Of a stretch of 64,000 nt of DNA, positions 41,069 to 54,774 are shown in pieces. The stretch is from Eledone cirrhosa (lineage: Eukaryota). The notes below the pieces were generated by a model. The model saw only the letters and a program-made list of their open reading frames with translations. It did no database searches and was not told the DNA's origin. Made by a program: the position numbers and the translations under genes. Where the stretch lies: contig OZ024746.1 of NCBI GenBank assembly GCA_964016885.1, positions 7,502,001 to 7,566,000 on the forward strand, read 5' to 3'. Within the stretch, counting starts at the first letter, position 1; every line of letters starts with the position of its first letter.

Positions 41069-42151
41069 TTTAACGAAGGGTATAATAAGTAATTTTTATA
41101 GAAATAGTTATAACAAGAATAATAGTTAAAATAACAAGTATAATAGGAATAAATGATTTGGTTTATATATGGTTTACTTCACGTGAATCAATTAAAAAGT
41201 ACATATAAAACAGTTACCAAGAGTTGTTAATTTTGTTATTGTTGTTGATGTGAAAACAGCGAGTAGACAGATTATGTTGTTGTTGTTGGAGTCCGTGGTA
41301 ATAGTTGAGACCGTAGTGAGTAAGAGAGAGTAATGGTTTGTATACCTCTGAATGGTCTGTAATTGGTTGTAGACCACTGTGGCTTGTACATGGTCTGTAG
41401 TAGTAGGGCTCCACTCTCTCTCTCTGTATCTGTAGGCCTCATGGGGTCTGTTGATAGTGGTGAATCTTTCACATAGCTTGTCCTGTAGTGGGGTGCTCCG
41501 ATCTCTCTATCTCTGTAGACCACTGGGGTCTGTTGATAGCAGTGAATCCTTACATAGTTAGTTGCTAGCGTAATGCTCCAATGTTTTAGGAGATTAGTAT
41601 CGGTGTACATATAAAATTATTACAAAAGACAATAAATGCCGGTGTGTGTTGTGATAATGTTTTTACTTCATAGAAGTCAAAGGGATTAAATGAATCATTA
41701 CCCGTGGGTCACAACTCCTAGGCTGAAGTGTGTAGAGCAAAGGAGAGATCTTCTCTTGGAGGTGTTAACATCTTCTTAGGTTCTTAGGCTGCTGGTGGCA
41801 TCCTTCTTGAGTGGCGAAGGAAAATGAGAGAGGAGTCATCTCATGATAAGGTCGCAGGTGTTGTTAACACTTTGGAATCAAGGAGGCGAGAAAGAGAGAT
41901 CGTCCTAACCTGTTCCTTTTATAGGGTCTGACCGGAAGTGACCAACAGGGTTCTATCACCCCTAAAGGGAAGCAACTCCAGCTACTTCCTGTCTAGAGAG
42001 CGGTGATGAAATTGTCACGACAAAGGAGGCAACTCTTGCTACAGGCTCTATATGTAGCTGTCACTTTCTGTCTCCCACCAAAAGGGTGATGATCCAGAAT
42101 TTGACCTTTCGGTGTCACCCAAGGTTCAAGGCGCGGATAGATTTCGCTACA
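41069..42151 (-). mobile_element. Probable solo LTR (about 1.08 kb)
   Basis: The minus strand starts TGTAGCGAA and ends TTCGTTAAA (short terminal inverted repeat, CA decayed). TATA-like ctataaaagg near 41920. Interrupts a 33-bp minisatellite. Confidence 0.55.
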
Positions 42152-42283
42152 TACATGTCCAGTCTATAGATAACGTATGTTACTATATACATATCCAGTC
42201 TATAGATAACGTATGTTACTATATACATGTCCAGTCTATAGATAACGTATGTTACTATATACATGTCCAGCCTAGAGATAACG
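42152..42283. repeat. 33-bp minisatellite (continues 40505-40580 and 41045-41068)
   Basis: Unit tccagtctatagataacgtatgttactatatacatg-like; split by the RTE and LTR insertions. Confidence 0.85.
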
Positions 42284-43614
42284 CCATTTTACACGTAAGT
42301 AATTAGCGATAGACGTCTATTACTGTAAGTGGTTAATCACAAGTATATATATATTACATTTCGTTATAGACATCGAATTGTCTGAGTTATGAGAATGTCT
42401 GTTCATCGAGGTCAACTTTATACTTCATCCGTTCGAGGTTTATTCTTCCTCTATGTGTCTTTTTCACTCTCTCTTCTTTTCGGGAAGAAATTGGCTGTGT
42501 TCAGACCTGGACAGGGATTATCTTCGCCTGGTTTAAACCATTCCCACGTCAAGCTATGTCACCACGGCGTCCTCACGTTTGTTTACGTAGAAACCAGCAG
42601 TAATCAGCATTGAAGATGGTAAATGATGAGAAGTGAAGTAAATCTGTTAAGAGGTTTAGAATATATGAAATATCTTAAATGTAAAATCTAGCTTTGTCAA
42701 TCCGTGGTAAGAAAAGAAATCAACAAGACTAGTTTCTAGTCTTATTAAACCTTCATCAGTGAAAGAACATCTGTGGAGAGAAAATGGGTATTTTTTTCTC
42801 ACTGTTGTGTAAACCAATCAAACTAGCTTAGTTCTGCTTGAGTTTGTATTTTCTATAGATAACTAGAAGTTTAATAATTTATCTCGACAGAAGACGATTG
42901 TAATTTAGGAGAGATCTGGCTGCTATTTCTAATAGGTCGTGTGAGTACGTAGACTGTTGTTCGTTGTTACTCTATCAGAGTGTTGTCCTATATTGTGTTC
43001 ACTCAGCAATTTCCTTCTCCAGCTATGATATTACATACATCATTATAGATAGTGGGGGCGGGGGGAGACGAACATGAGTAATATAGAAAAGAAACAATAA
43101 AGAGAAGAATGAGAAAAGGTGGAAAGGAAATAGAAGAGAAGATGGAGAAATGTAAAAGTATTATAAGTAGGAAGAGGGGAGGTACAGATTGCTCATTTAC
43201 GGTGATAGTTATAGTAAGACAGTGATGACAATATGTACAGGATATCTAAGTGGTGGTGGTGGTGGTGGTGTAGTGGGGTAGTGGTTGTGGTGGTGTAGTG
43301 AGGTAGTGGTCGTGGTGGTGGTGGTGTAGTGGGGTGGTGGTGGTAGTGGGGTAGTGGTTGTGGTGGTGTAGTGAGGTGGTGGTGTAGTGGGGTGGTAGTG
43401 TAGTGGGGTAGTGGTTGTGGTGGTGTAGTGAGGTAGTGGTCGTGGTGGTGGTGGTGTAGTGGTGGTGGTGGTGGTGGTTGTAGAGGTGGTGGTACTAGTA
43501 GTATTAGTAGTGGTGGTGGGGACAACTAGAGAAGAGTTCTACGGGGGGGGGGGGGATCATCAAAAGACTATGTTAGTAAACCGACAAAGACTGGTATTTG
43601 TCAAACCTTATTCG

Positions 43615-44102
43615 AACGGTTTGATCGTCTGGAACTGGACGGTTTGATCGTTTGGAACTGGACGGTTTGATCATTTGGAACTGGACGGTTTGATCGTTTG
43701 GAACTGGACGGTTTGATCGTTTGGAACTGGACGGTTTGATCGTTTGGAACTGGACGGTTTGATCGTTTGAAACTGGACGGTTTGATCGTTTGGAACTGGA
43801 CGGTTTGATCGTTTGGAACTGGACGGTTTGATCGTTTGGAACTGGACGGTTTGATCGTTTGAAACTGGACGGTTTGATCGTTTGGAACTGGACGGTTTGA
43901 TCGTCTGGAACTGGACGGTTTGATCGTTTGGAACTGGACAGTTTGATCATTTGGAACTGGACGGTTTGATCGTCTGGAACTGGACGGTTTGATCGTCTGG
44001 AACTGGACGGTTTGATCGTTTGGAACTGGACGGTTTGATCGTTTGGAACTGGACGGTTTGATCGTTTGGAACTGGACGGTTTGATTGTCTGGAACTGGAC
44101 GG
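43615..44102. repeat. 23-bp minisatellite, about 21 units
   Basis: Unit ggaactggacggtttgatcgttt. Confidence 0.95.
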
Positions 44103-44364
44103 AACATGGGAGTAGATGTTTTAGTGTGAAAAAGACAAAGACTGGTTTGATAATAAAGATTCTATTATCAGTAACTGAAAAGAAAACAGTTATTCTATGA
44201 CAAGGTCCTGGGTGAGAATCCCTCGACCCGACCTGTTACTGAGAAGATATATAAATAATACAAAACTACATTACAACGTTAAAGGATGAAAAACGATTGG
44301 TGATGAAAGCTGTCTTAAGAAGTGCAAGCTGCCTTTAATAGTAAAGATACTAAGACATATGTAT

Positions 44365-44555
44365 TATTGTGGATTGGCAGTATCGGTAGAGGGTCGGACG
44401 CCATACTTTGCTGCAAAGAGTTACGGCCCTTTGTGGTCTGAGTTCAAATCCCGACGAGGTTAACTTTGCCTTTCATCTTTACGGGGTCGATAAACTAAAG
44501 TACCAGTAATACACTGTGATAATTGCTGGACTTGTGCCAAAAGTAGGAACAATTA
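44365..44555 (+). mobile_element. tRNA-derived SINE
   Basis: Full copy of the same family. Confidence 0.85.
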
Positions 44556-44579
44556 TTTACAAGTAAATTCTCCACCAGG

Positions 44580-45840
44580 TACAGGTGACCCCCCCCCCCC
44601 CAAAGAGGATGTCCCCATCCTCGGATCACCGATCCACTCACCGGCCATCCGCTCCACCATCAGGTCTATGCTCCAACAACTCCATAGCCTCACGAGCCGA
44701 CTGGGCTTGATCGACGGCCACCCAACTCTCTTCCTGTTGAGGAACTGCTTCGCCATGCCAAAGCTCTACACCCTTTGCAGCGCTCCATGCTACAGCCACG
44801 CATCTCTCCTCGCTGACCTCGATACTTGTATCCGAGCGACAGCTGAGGAGATATGAAACGTCCGGTTTAACGACATTTGATGACAACAGGCCACTTTACC
44901 TGTCAGATTTGGCGACTTGGCCACCGGTCCCCGATCTCGCTGGCTTTGCCGGCGTTTCTTTCATCGGTAACCTCATGCCGCGTCCTCGTCAGCAGGAGTT
45001 CGCCTGTGAGACGTGGGACAGGCTAGGACTTAGCCTGGTAGATGGCCCCCCTCCTTCTCCCCCTGCTGACGTCAAGTCCCCCCTAAGCATATCGGATGCC
45101 ATCCAATGCAGCCTGGCCTCAGACAGGCTCACGCGCCGGCTCGACCAGTGATCCCTGGCTCCATGCCTTGCCACTGGCACGTAGCTGGATAACAATAGCC
45201 TGCGCATCGGCATTTCCTGAGGCTTGGACTCCGGATCTGCGAGCCACATAAATGTCGCCGTGGATCCACCGTGGACTCTTTCGGACTCCACCCGCTTTCC
45301 TGTCGCCACAGTGCCGGCTGCCTTCCATGCCATGCTGCCCTCAACAGGGGCATTAAGCATGACTTGGATGCTGCAGGCTTCCCCTCCCAGTTCGAGCCGG
45401 TGGGGGTGGACCGAGGGGATGACAAAAGACCAGAGTATGACCATCTTCCCACTCCGCGGTAGCAAATCCCTCGTCTGGGATGTCACTTACAGCGACACTT
45501 TCTCCAGCTGCAGTGTGGTGCAGTCTGCCACTAACCCAGGTACTGCTGCACATCGGGCAGAGGAGGCCAAACTCTCCAAGTACCGGTCGCTCTCCGACAG
45601 GTTCGCGGTCGTGCCCTTGGCAGTGGAGACTTCTGGTGTCCTTGGCCCTAGGGCTACCTCCCTATTCACCTTCATAGGCGCTGAGCTGGCCAGCCGCAGG
45701 TGTGAGCCTCGCGAGTTGGAATGGTTCTTCCAGCGCATCTCCCTTATCATCCTCCGGGGAAACGCCTTCTCCATCCTGTCCGCCGGGGCTGTGGGGAGGA
45801 CAGCATGTGGGACCCCATTTGCTCACCATACGGATTAATA
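44580..45840 (+). mobile_element. 5'-truncated, decayed CRE-clade copy
   Basis: Aligns with the reverse complement of about 59.7-61.05 kb (LLRNCFAMPKL, VWDVTYSDTF, AVETSGVLGP, ILRGNAFSIL), with stops and deletions. Confidence 0.9.
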
Positions 45841-46035
45841 AGAAAAGTTATAAACTATTGTAAATAAATAATTATTGTGGCTTGCTTTAAAAAAAAAAAA
45901 GCATTTGTCTAATGACACCATTTATAACATAAAATAAGTATAACATAGCTACATATAGGTACCACTTAGTTGTAGCATTTACTGTAGAAAACACTAAAAG
46001 GTGGAATAGAACAGCAATATATTTGGTGAATGAGG

Positions 46036-46503
46036 GGCGGTGGATTGGCAGTATCGGTAGAGAGTCGGACGGCATGCTTTGCAGCAAAGAGTTATGGCCC
46101 TTTATGATGTGAGTTCAAATCCCACCGAGGTTAACTTTGCTTTTCATCCTTACGGAGTCGATAAAATAAAGTACCAGTCACGCACTGGGGTCGATTTAAT
46201 CGACTTTCCCCTCCCCCCAAATCACTGGCCTTGTACCTATATCAGAAACCAATATATTTGGTGAATGTTAGTTTGTACAGAAAGAAATCTTCAATTTCTG
46301 GAATACTGTAGAAAATATAATTCTTTCTACTTTTGGCACAAAGCCAGCAATTACCCAGTGCATTACTGGCATTTTATTTTATCGACCCCGTAAGGATGAA
46401 AGGCAAAGTTAACCTCAGCGGGATTTGAACTCAGAATGGCAAGGGCCGTAACTCTATGCGTCAAAGCATGGCGTCCGACCCTCTACCGATACTGCCAATC
46501 CAC
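46036..46503. mobile_element. Tail-to-tail SINE pair
   Basis: About 46036-46250 (+) and 46320-46503 (-). Confidence 0.85.
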
Positions 46504-47059
46504 TAAAAAATATAATGTCAGCAATGAATTAATCATCACACTAAACATGAACTTTCTTTGTCATATGAAAATATATTTACTCCTTCTGAAAATGGTTTTA
46601 GATTCCTGTCCACATTAGTAAGAACTTCAGATAGAAATCTGAATTATTCCACTCGATTTACTCTCGGGTCTCGAATAATCATCCCCCGCCCCCGCTAATT
46701 AATTTTTCAGATTTTTTGCAACCCCACCGCTTATTAAATTTTGCTAATTTATTTATTATCCAAATGTATATCTTAACAAAAGTGAACATTTAAAGGACAT
46801 ATATATGTGCTGATTTCAGTTGCCTCGTTGTGTATGTTTCTTTCATACAATTTGGCATCCTCGCCTATCTAGATTACTTAACTGGAAACTATTACTGACT
46901 GTAATATTCCCTAGAGACCTCATGACGCCCGAGGCTGAATATGTTGTCAGGAACAACGAGGTGAAAATGGGGAGGAATATAATGACAGTGTTTACATTTG
47001 GTACAAGAAATACAAGCTATATGATTCTTTGGTCTATGATTTTACTAGTGACTGTTTGC

Positions 47060-47640
47060 ATACCAGTGTTTCCTTGAAGCTCAGCCTCCGGATCGGTGAT
47101 CCACACAAATACACTGAGGATCCACTGTGGATTCTTTCAGCCTCCACCCACTGTCATGCCGTTGTAGTGTTGACAGTCTCCCATGCCATGCTGCCCTCGA
47201 CGAGATCATAAAGCATGGCCTGGACGCTCAAAGCTTCCCTTCCCAGCTCGAACCAGCGGGGATGAACCGAAGGGACGGTAAAAAGGCCAGATGGTATGAA
47301 AATCATTCTGTTCCGCAGTGATAGGCCCCTCATCTGGGCTGCTACATGTTGCAGCACCCTCTCCAGTGGCAACAGCCCCAGGCATCGCTGCTCGTCAGGT
47401 CGAAGAAGGTAAATGTCAAAGTATTGACCACTCTCTGATAGGTTTGTGGTTGAGCCTGTGGCAGGGGAGACTTCCGGCTTTCGAGACCCCTGGACCACAT
47501 CCTTACTCAGTTATTGGGCCGGTGTTGGCTACCCGGAAGAACAAGTCCAGCAAGTAGGAGTGGTTGTTCCAGTGTATCTCTCTCACTATTCTCTGGGACA
47601 ATGTTTTTGCCATTCTGTCCGAGGGACCACGTGGTGGACT
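47060..47640 (+). mobile_element. Decayed CRE-clade fragment
   Basis: Encodes DSFSLHPLSCRC...HAALDEIIKHGLDAQSFPSQLEPAG, homologous to 45271-45462 and to the full copy. Confidence 0.8.
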
Positions 47641-48182
47641 AACCCTTAAATTATGTGTAGTAAACATTGGATGTTTGTTTTTGTCGACAACATATATTTA
47701 TGCTAAACATATGGAAACATTGAACAAATAGAATATTTTCTGAGGTTAAATTCTGGAGACATATTGTAGTAATTCAACAAACAGGACTAAAGTTACTGCT
47801 GTTGATACAGAGATGGAAGATATTTGTTTTATGGAGATATATTATGTATCATAATTTACTTCTTAACATTAACACTTGTATTAGAGCAGTTATTATTTGA
47901 AATAAAATAAGGATCTCTACTTGGGTTTCATACGAATATTACCCATTATTAACCTGTGTAGCGCACCAATTAATGTTAACAGGCTGAAAAGAAAATGCCA
48001 TTGAAGATCTAATTTCAGGTTTCTTCTGGAATTGAGTCACGTCCGCTTTGCACGAAGTGCTCAATAAAATCTTATTAATACACACACCCTCTCTCTCTGT
48101 TCCACTATTTATGTATCTATCTCTCTCCACCACTCACACACCCACATATGTAACTCCCCCCCATTATATATATATATATATA

Positions 48183-48365
48183 GGTGGTGGATTGGCAGTA
48201 TCGGTAGAGGGTCGGACGCCATGCTTTCCAGCATAGTTACGTCCCTTTACAATCTGAGTTCAAATCCCGCCGAGGTTGACTTTGCCTTTCATCCTTACGG
48301 GGTCGATAAAATAAAGTACCAGTAATGCACTGGGTAATTGCTGGCCTTGTGCCTAAAGTAGAAAC

Positions 48366-48370
<5 letters not shown>
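48183..48370 (+). mobile_element. tRNA-derived SINE within (TA)n
   Basis: Full copy. Older relatives lie at about 1580-1650, 32265-32395, 51920-52110 and 58415-58570. Confidence 0.85.
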
Positions 48371-48419
<49 letters not shown>

Positions 48420-48421
<2 letters not shown>

Positions 48422-48624
48422 AAGGAAGTGTAGTAAGGAACCAGATGACCATAACGCACCAGACTACTCAATACTTAGGGTAGTAGAGTGGATAATAGGA
48501 AAAAGTTTAACCCCGACGGCAGAGCTCAAGCCGTTTCGACGGCTATTTCTGGACTAAATGTTAGTCAGTTAGACAGAAATAGCCGTCGAAACGGCTTGAG
48601 CTCTGCCGTCGGGTTAAACTTTTT

Positions 48625-48629
<5 letters not shown>
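48420..48629 (-). mobile_element. Fold-back element in (TA)n (family shared with 57.1 kb)
   Basis: Arms at about 48495-48551 and 48574-48629. The unique tail aaggaaccag.tg.accataacgcaccaga is shared with 57093-57122. Confidence 0.75.
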
Positions 48630-48693
<64 letters not shown>

Positions 48694-49559
48694 GTGTGTG
48701 TGTACACGAACTCTTGTACACACTAGCACACGAACAGTGTGACAAACTACACAGACATATATAGAGACACAACATACAGCTAAGCTCAAAATTATAATTA
48801 TTCAGTCTTATTCAGAACTTTCAAGTTCTTAGGAGCTGATCAAGACGAAGTATTTCTCATCATTTGCATTATTTTAAAGATTAAACCAACGCTACTATAG
48901 CATATCATGTGATGTCTATTAATTAGCCAGATATTCATTCTATAAATATCTTTAATCGCCATTCTTTGTTTGATAACTTCTAACATATTATACCATAATT
49001 TCTTATCACACTAGAGAGCTATTTAATAGCAAACATATTTCTTAAACATACAGATTTTTCACACGATAATCGTTTTATTGTCAGCTCTGTGGCATTCTTG
49101 GCATACTCACGGATCCCAAATAATAAGGAGGAGCTAATTTTTCTAGGTTGTCTCCGTTGATTTATTTTTAAAAACCAGAATTAGTTGTTTAGTTTACATA
49201 TTGAGACCCCAAATCCATCCTATTTATTTTATAACGTATGAGATTACTAGTAATGTATTTTTTTGTCATGTGTTATGCTTTTTAATGTATAAAGAAAACA
49301 TTCGCTGAAGATAGATGAGCAAAATTTAATAAGCGGGATAATTATATAAGGGATAATTATATATTTTCTCCCCAAACTACCAAAGCACACATCTATTTGT
49401 ATAGGCGCTACAATTTATGTACACATGTTATGTTTATCACATTTTTTATATCTTGGTTGATATTTGATAATAACAGCTAAACTAATTGATCAAATGTGCA
49501 CCCCCCCTCCACATTCAGAATTGCATGCTTCCACCACCCCGGGGATTGTCAAGAGGATT

Positions 49560-50790
49560 TTTATCAGTTTCATAATTTCACTAATAACACCATCTAGATT
49601 ATTTTCCAAGATAAATTTCAGCAGCTCAATTAATTTGTAATATTCCTGCATATCAGAATAGAATACTTTTAGTTCAGTTTCAAGCTTTTCTTTGTCAAAT
49701 CATGGGATATGCTTCAATGGTCAGTACTATCTCTTCTGTAGGCAGTTCATCCTTAAAACTAGTGAAGCTTTTCTTGTTGAACAATTTAGCAGCTACTATG
49801 TGCTTAGTGGAAGACTATCTGTCCATTACATCAACACATATGCAGTCACACACTTCCTTTGCTTCTGCAATGAGTGTCTTTGAAGGATTCTCACAGTACT
49901 TCGAGTTTCTTATTTCTAAAATAACAGTTTTGAAATCTGTTATATATTCATTGACTTTAAACACACTAATTTCTCGAGATTACATGATGTTTTATCTGAT
50001 GAAAGAACTCAAACCAAAATATGAAATTATCGTCATTCAGGTATTTTAAAATTCCTGTTGCTTCTACAATGGTTTGATCGACATTTGATGTTGACTGAAT
50101 TTCAGTAAGGCAGCTTTTTAAAAGTTGCAAATTTTCATGAACTCTGTTCACAGTCCGTATGTGAAAGTCCCACCTTGTAGAGGATGGACGTGGAATGCTG
50201 ATGTCCATATGCTTCTAGAAAATGGATATATGTTGTGGTGATCTTGAGAAGAATGTTGGAATAGCCGAGAAAAATATTCTTGCGTTCCATGTAATATTTG
50301 CTGCATAAAATTTCACGGTTCTTTTTAACCTTCATGTTTTGCTCATCGATTGAAAGTCTGTATGTCGCACTAAATTTCTCCTTAATATTTACGTTTCATA
50401 AAAGTGACAGTGAAACCACATTTTCAACATGCTTCTTTGAATTCTCATGTTTTTTAGTTTTTTCTTTCATTTTGTTTATATTTCTAAAACCGTCTTTTGT
50501 CTACGTTACATCACCTCCAAACAGTGAACACGGGAAGTAAAACAATGCATATTTCAATTCACAGCCGCAGAGCCAACTTTTCCATTGGTGCCATTCAATA
50601 TTAAAGGTACGAATATAACTCTTGTCGTCGCTTATTCCTGGCTGAAATATTTGAATGTCAGGTGTTGAACGGTCTATTTTCTTAACTGTAACTTTCTCAT
50701 GGAAAGACAACTGTGATAACTTAAGCTGTTGAAGTTCACTAACTGTCACAAGACTTATTTCTTGGGGCTGCATATTTATCTACAGTTTAT
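49560..50790 (-). mobile_element. Decayed hAT transposase (ZMYM1-like, TTF-type zinc finger)
   Basis: RTFNIEWHQWKSWLCGCELKYALFYFPCSLFG; PRPSSTRWDF..RTVNRV; F.FWFEFFHQI; many stops. Confidence 0.75.
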
Positions 50791-50864
50791 CACATTTAAG
50801 AATATGGTACACGGTTTTTAAGCACAACACGTGCTGAGTCAAAAATAAACACTACCTTACACTC

Positions 50865-51130
50865 GGACAACAGGGTTGACCAGACAGCCTTACCCTTTGT
50901 CTCTGGGTAAGAGCTACGTGTCTCATCTGGGACGCCACAGTCAGTGACTCTTTTGCTCCATCTCACATCATGGGCGCCGCGGTAAATGTGGTGATCACTG
51001 CTTCCATTTCTGAACGGAATAAAATTCGTAAATAGCTGCATTTATTCAGTAATTATATTTTCCAGCCTCTGGTGTTCGAGACCTTTGGTGGAGTTGGGCC
51101 GCTGACAGCGAAGTTCTTTTCATTATGTGT
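50865..51130 (+). mobile_element. Highly decayed CRE-like endonuclease fragment
   Basis: ccagacagc...atctgggacgccaca..gtgactc (PD..IWDAT.D) and ttcgagacctttgg (FETFG). Confidence 0.5.
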
Positions 51131-52321
51131 TTATCAACGAAATATTTGTAATGTTCTTTTGAAGGAATTGCGAGTAATTTATAATGTTATTTACATTAAT
51201 AAAACGAATTCAAAAACTATACTCCCAATTTGTAACTACGGAAAATCAGGAGACGGGGAAAAAACTAACAGTAATAGATCCTCTGTTGGTTTCTTGATTG
51301 AGTATACTGTTTGATCAACTGATTGAAATAGGAAATTAAGGATCTGAGTATTTCACACATACATGTGTACCTTTACCGTAATCCTTAGACAAAATATGTA
51401 CGACACAGTGTGTGACAGCGTTTTATCTGTGAAATTACTGGTAGAAATCACTCGCAAGGCTTGGATCCATTTGAGACTATGGTGAAATACACTTTCTTAA
51501 GGTGCCATAAAGTGAGATCGAACCCACGACCTGGTTGCTAAGTAAACCTAGCTACTCAAACTAAACATTCAATAATTGTTACTGCCATCAACCACTACCA
51601 GAACAGAAGATAATGGTATCACGAGGAGCACTGGAAAACCTCTCTAATAATCTTTTAGGCAAGCCAGCACGCTCGCAGCATTACCTAGGACGATGGCGAG
51701 GCTGATGCGCTGGAACAGCCAAGCGCCTTCATGAGCATCACCAAAAGAATCAGATATAGTGAAGACTATTCCACCAACTATTTAAAGTACATTTTTCTAG
51801 CGTTGTTGTTAACTCTCTAAAGTTAAATATGTAGATACATTAAATTCGTTACTTGGTAGTTGGTATTTGATGATTAAGAATAAATATTTCTGGTTCCATT
51901 CTAAGAAACAGAGGATAGTTGATTGGCAGAGCGTTGGCCAGAATACTTGTAGCATTTACATACGTTCTGAGTTCAAATCCTGTCGATGTTAGCTTTGCCT
52001 TTCATCCTTCTGAGGTCAATAAAATAAAGTCCCCATAAAAGATTGCAGTTGATTTAATTGACTTTTCCCTCCACCAAATTACAGGCAATGTATTTACCTT
52101 AGAAACAATTATAATAAACCGATTAGTTTGAATATATTTGACCTATATTTGCTGTCAACATATGTCAACTAGACTTTTGTATACATAACTTAAGTTTCAA
52201 CTTACATTTATTGTTTGGAAACTGAAACTTTTTCACACATTTCACATTCTACATTATATAAACTATATCGCTATTTAAATACATTCAGAAACTCATGCAC
52301 TCACTCACTTATGTTTGTATA

Positions 52322-52950
52322 TACAAGGGCCAGCAGAAAAGTTCATACTTTGACCAAGTTACTCTCATGGAATGTGACCAAATGAAATTTAATTTTCAAC
52401 ATAGCCCTACTTGCAGTCCACACACTTCTTCTATCAGTGTTGCAGTGCTTGGATCCAATCGGTGAAGAAACTTTCATCCTGTTGGTAAAAAAATGTCATC
52501 AACAACAGATATAAATCATCATCACTGCAATACTGGTTCCCAAGTTGGGGAACAGATGATAGTGGAGTCAAATCAGGAGAATAAGGAGGGTGATCAACCA
52601 GTTCAAAGCCCTTGAAACCAACGACTTGTGTGCTGGAGCATTGTCAGTATTCCTGGGTATTTGGCCTTCAGCCTCAACAAATTGGCATAGTACTCTCCAT
52701 TGATGGTGTAGCCCTTTTGAAGATTGTCAATAAACACAATGCCTTTTACAACCCAAAAACCTGAGGCTATCATCTTCCCTGCAGATGAAATGACTTTGGC
52801 CTTATTTGAAGCAGGCAAGGAGGGGTGTTTCCACTGGATTATCTCTGTGTCTCTGGCTCAAAGTGATGAACCCAACACTCATTCTGGGTTAGGAAACGTT
52901 CAAGGAAACCAGCTGGATCTGCCTCAAACAATGTCAGATATTCCCGAGCA
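52322..52950 (-). mobile_element. Mariner transposase remnant with terminal repeat
   Basis: KAKVISSAGKMIASGFWVVKGIVFIDNLQKGYTINGEYYANLL; end sequence TA-caagggccagcagaaaagttc at 52322. Confidence 0.8.
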
Positions 52951-53818
52951 CTTGACTGGTACTTATTTCACCGACTCCGGAATGTTGAAAGTCAAAGTCA
53001 ACCCTAACACCGGATTATCATCTATGTTACGAATTCCTCTTCCTTTCAGTTCATAAAATTGATAAATACCTGCTTTTTGATAGAAATCAATATTGCTTTG
53101 TTTGATTCGGCACAAAGCCAACTTTTGTAGGGAATGTATATAGTTAATTGAATTGCCTCTGGGGTTTAACCCTTTAGCATTTAAACCAGCCATATTCGGC
53201 CAGAATTCTCTCACCTCTTTCTGTTCAAGCTAGCTGTAACTGGCCCCTCATACCTACATTAATGTATTACTCTCAAAATCTCATATATTTGATATTATGT
53301 GAGATAATTATGTAAGATAAAGCCTTTACCACAAAAATACAATAGTAAATATAAATATGTAAATATTAAAGGGTTTAAGGATTCTCCCTTTAGCATGTGC
53401 AAGGATATAAAAGACATTGCTGACCATGACATAATTTAAACTCAGGATATAGAGGAAGGAAGTCAATGTAAAATTGGACTAAAAGTCAGACACTTGAAAT
53501 GTCTCCTAATTTATAATCATAAATTATTCTCCATCTATATCATGAATAGATATTCCATCGGTGTTGCCTTCACTTTCCATCTGGTGTCAATAAAATAAGT
53601 GTCAGTAATATACCCACAACTGAGTTACTGCTTCCATAATAAAACAGCCCCGTTCTTAGTTTAAAGACAACAAAATTGGTCTCTAACAGAGATTGAATTG
53701 TTGGTTATATCACACACAGTACTTAACTGGCACCAAAGTCAGAAAATGATATATAATAACAAAAATTAAAGAAAGAATTAATATCAACTGTTCTCTCTTA
53801 TTTTATTGCAGATACAGA

Positions 53819-53923
53819 ATGTCGCAGACAAGTTCCAACTTGATTCAAACATTGAAGGAAGAATTGGTTTTGGAAAATTTTTTTCTCTCATATAGGCAGC
53901 CCAAACACTTTTGCACAACAGCA
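53819..53923 (+). CDS. Rolling stone-like membrane protein, coding exon 1
   Basis: Acceptor ttttattgcag ends at 53811 and ATG is at 53819. Encodes MSQTSSNLIQTLKEELVLENFFLSYRQPKHFCTTA, then a phase-0 donor gtatgt at 53924 that joins in frame to the next exon. Confidence 0.75.
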
Positions 53924-54573
53924 GTATGTAACACATCCTACCTTTCTAACATTATTTCCACTGCCAACACATGTTACTTTTCCTGTGATAGGCACATCAA
54001 CATTGTTGTAGATACATTTTGAATTTTAATTTGCATGTTTATGACATCACAGATCATGATAAAGCTTTCTAGGATAACTTAATTACCAAATACAGCCACT
54101 AAATTGGTGAATCACTTTATTTGCAAGACAGACCTGTTGTCAGGATTGGTCATTAGAATCATGTGTCAACACCACTTGTATGTAGCTTGTCGAATCACTA
54201 TATATATGTGTGTGTATATATATGTGTATATATATGATGATGTTGATGATATATATATATCATCATCATCATCATCATTTTACGTCCACTTTTCCCTGCT
54301 ATGTATATGTATATATTTAATATTTTCATGTTTATACCCTCACATCTTTATATTTTAACCACCAACACCACAACTATTTTCAACAATCATATTATGTTCA
54401 CTTTTCTTTGCACACATATAAAATTTATTTATTTATTTTTTATCATCTTCATTCTAACTTATTTATTATTTATTTATTATTTTTTCTTTTTCCTTTTCTT
54501 TTTCTTTTTCTTTTTCTTTTTCTTTTTTTTCTTTTCTTTTTCCCTCTCTCTTTTTCATTTTTTCTTTTTCTTT

Positions 54574-54608
<35 letters not shown>

Positions 54609-54774
54609 AAGCAAAGAAAATTTCAAAGATATGAAAGATTTCCTGGTTGAAGTTCAGGTGTACTCCGGGTTGGTATCAAGTTTCGAGATGAAAGTCTAAT
54701 CAGAAAATCCAACGAATTTTACATACATATATATATATATATACATACACACACATATATATATATGTATAATT

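Noticed and set aside
42720-42765. Hammerhead-like CUGAUGA...GAAACUAGUC on the minus strand
   Set aside because: Stem I strands are not complementary and stem II is weak.
43615-44102. 23-bp repeat array as CRISPR or iterons
   Set aside because: No spacers; a simple tandem repeat.
48183-48275. tRNA gene
   Set aside because: A and B boxes are present but there is no full cloverleaf; it is the head of a multi-copy SINE.
54660-54715. Hammerhead-like CUGAUUA...GAAA on the minus strand
   Set aside because: Core mismatch and stem I out of register; at best a decayed remnant.
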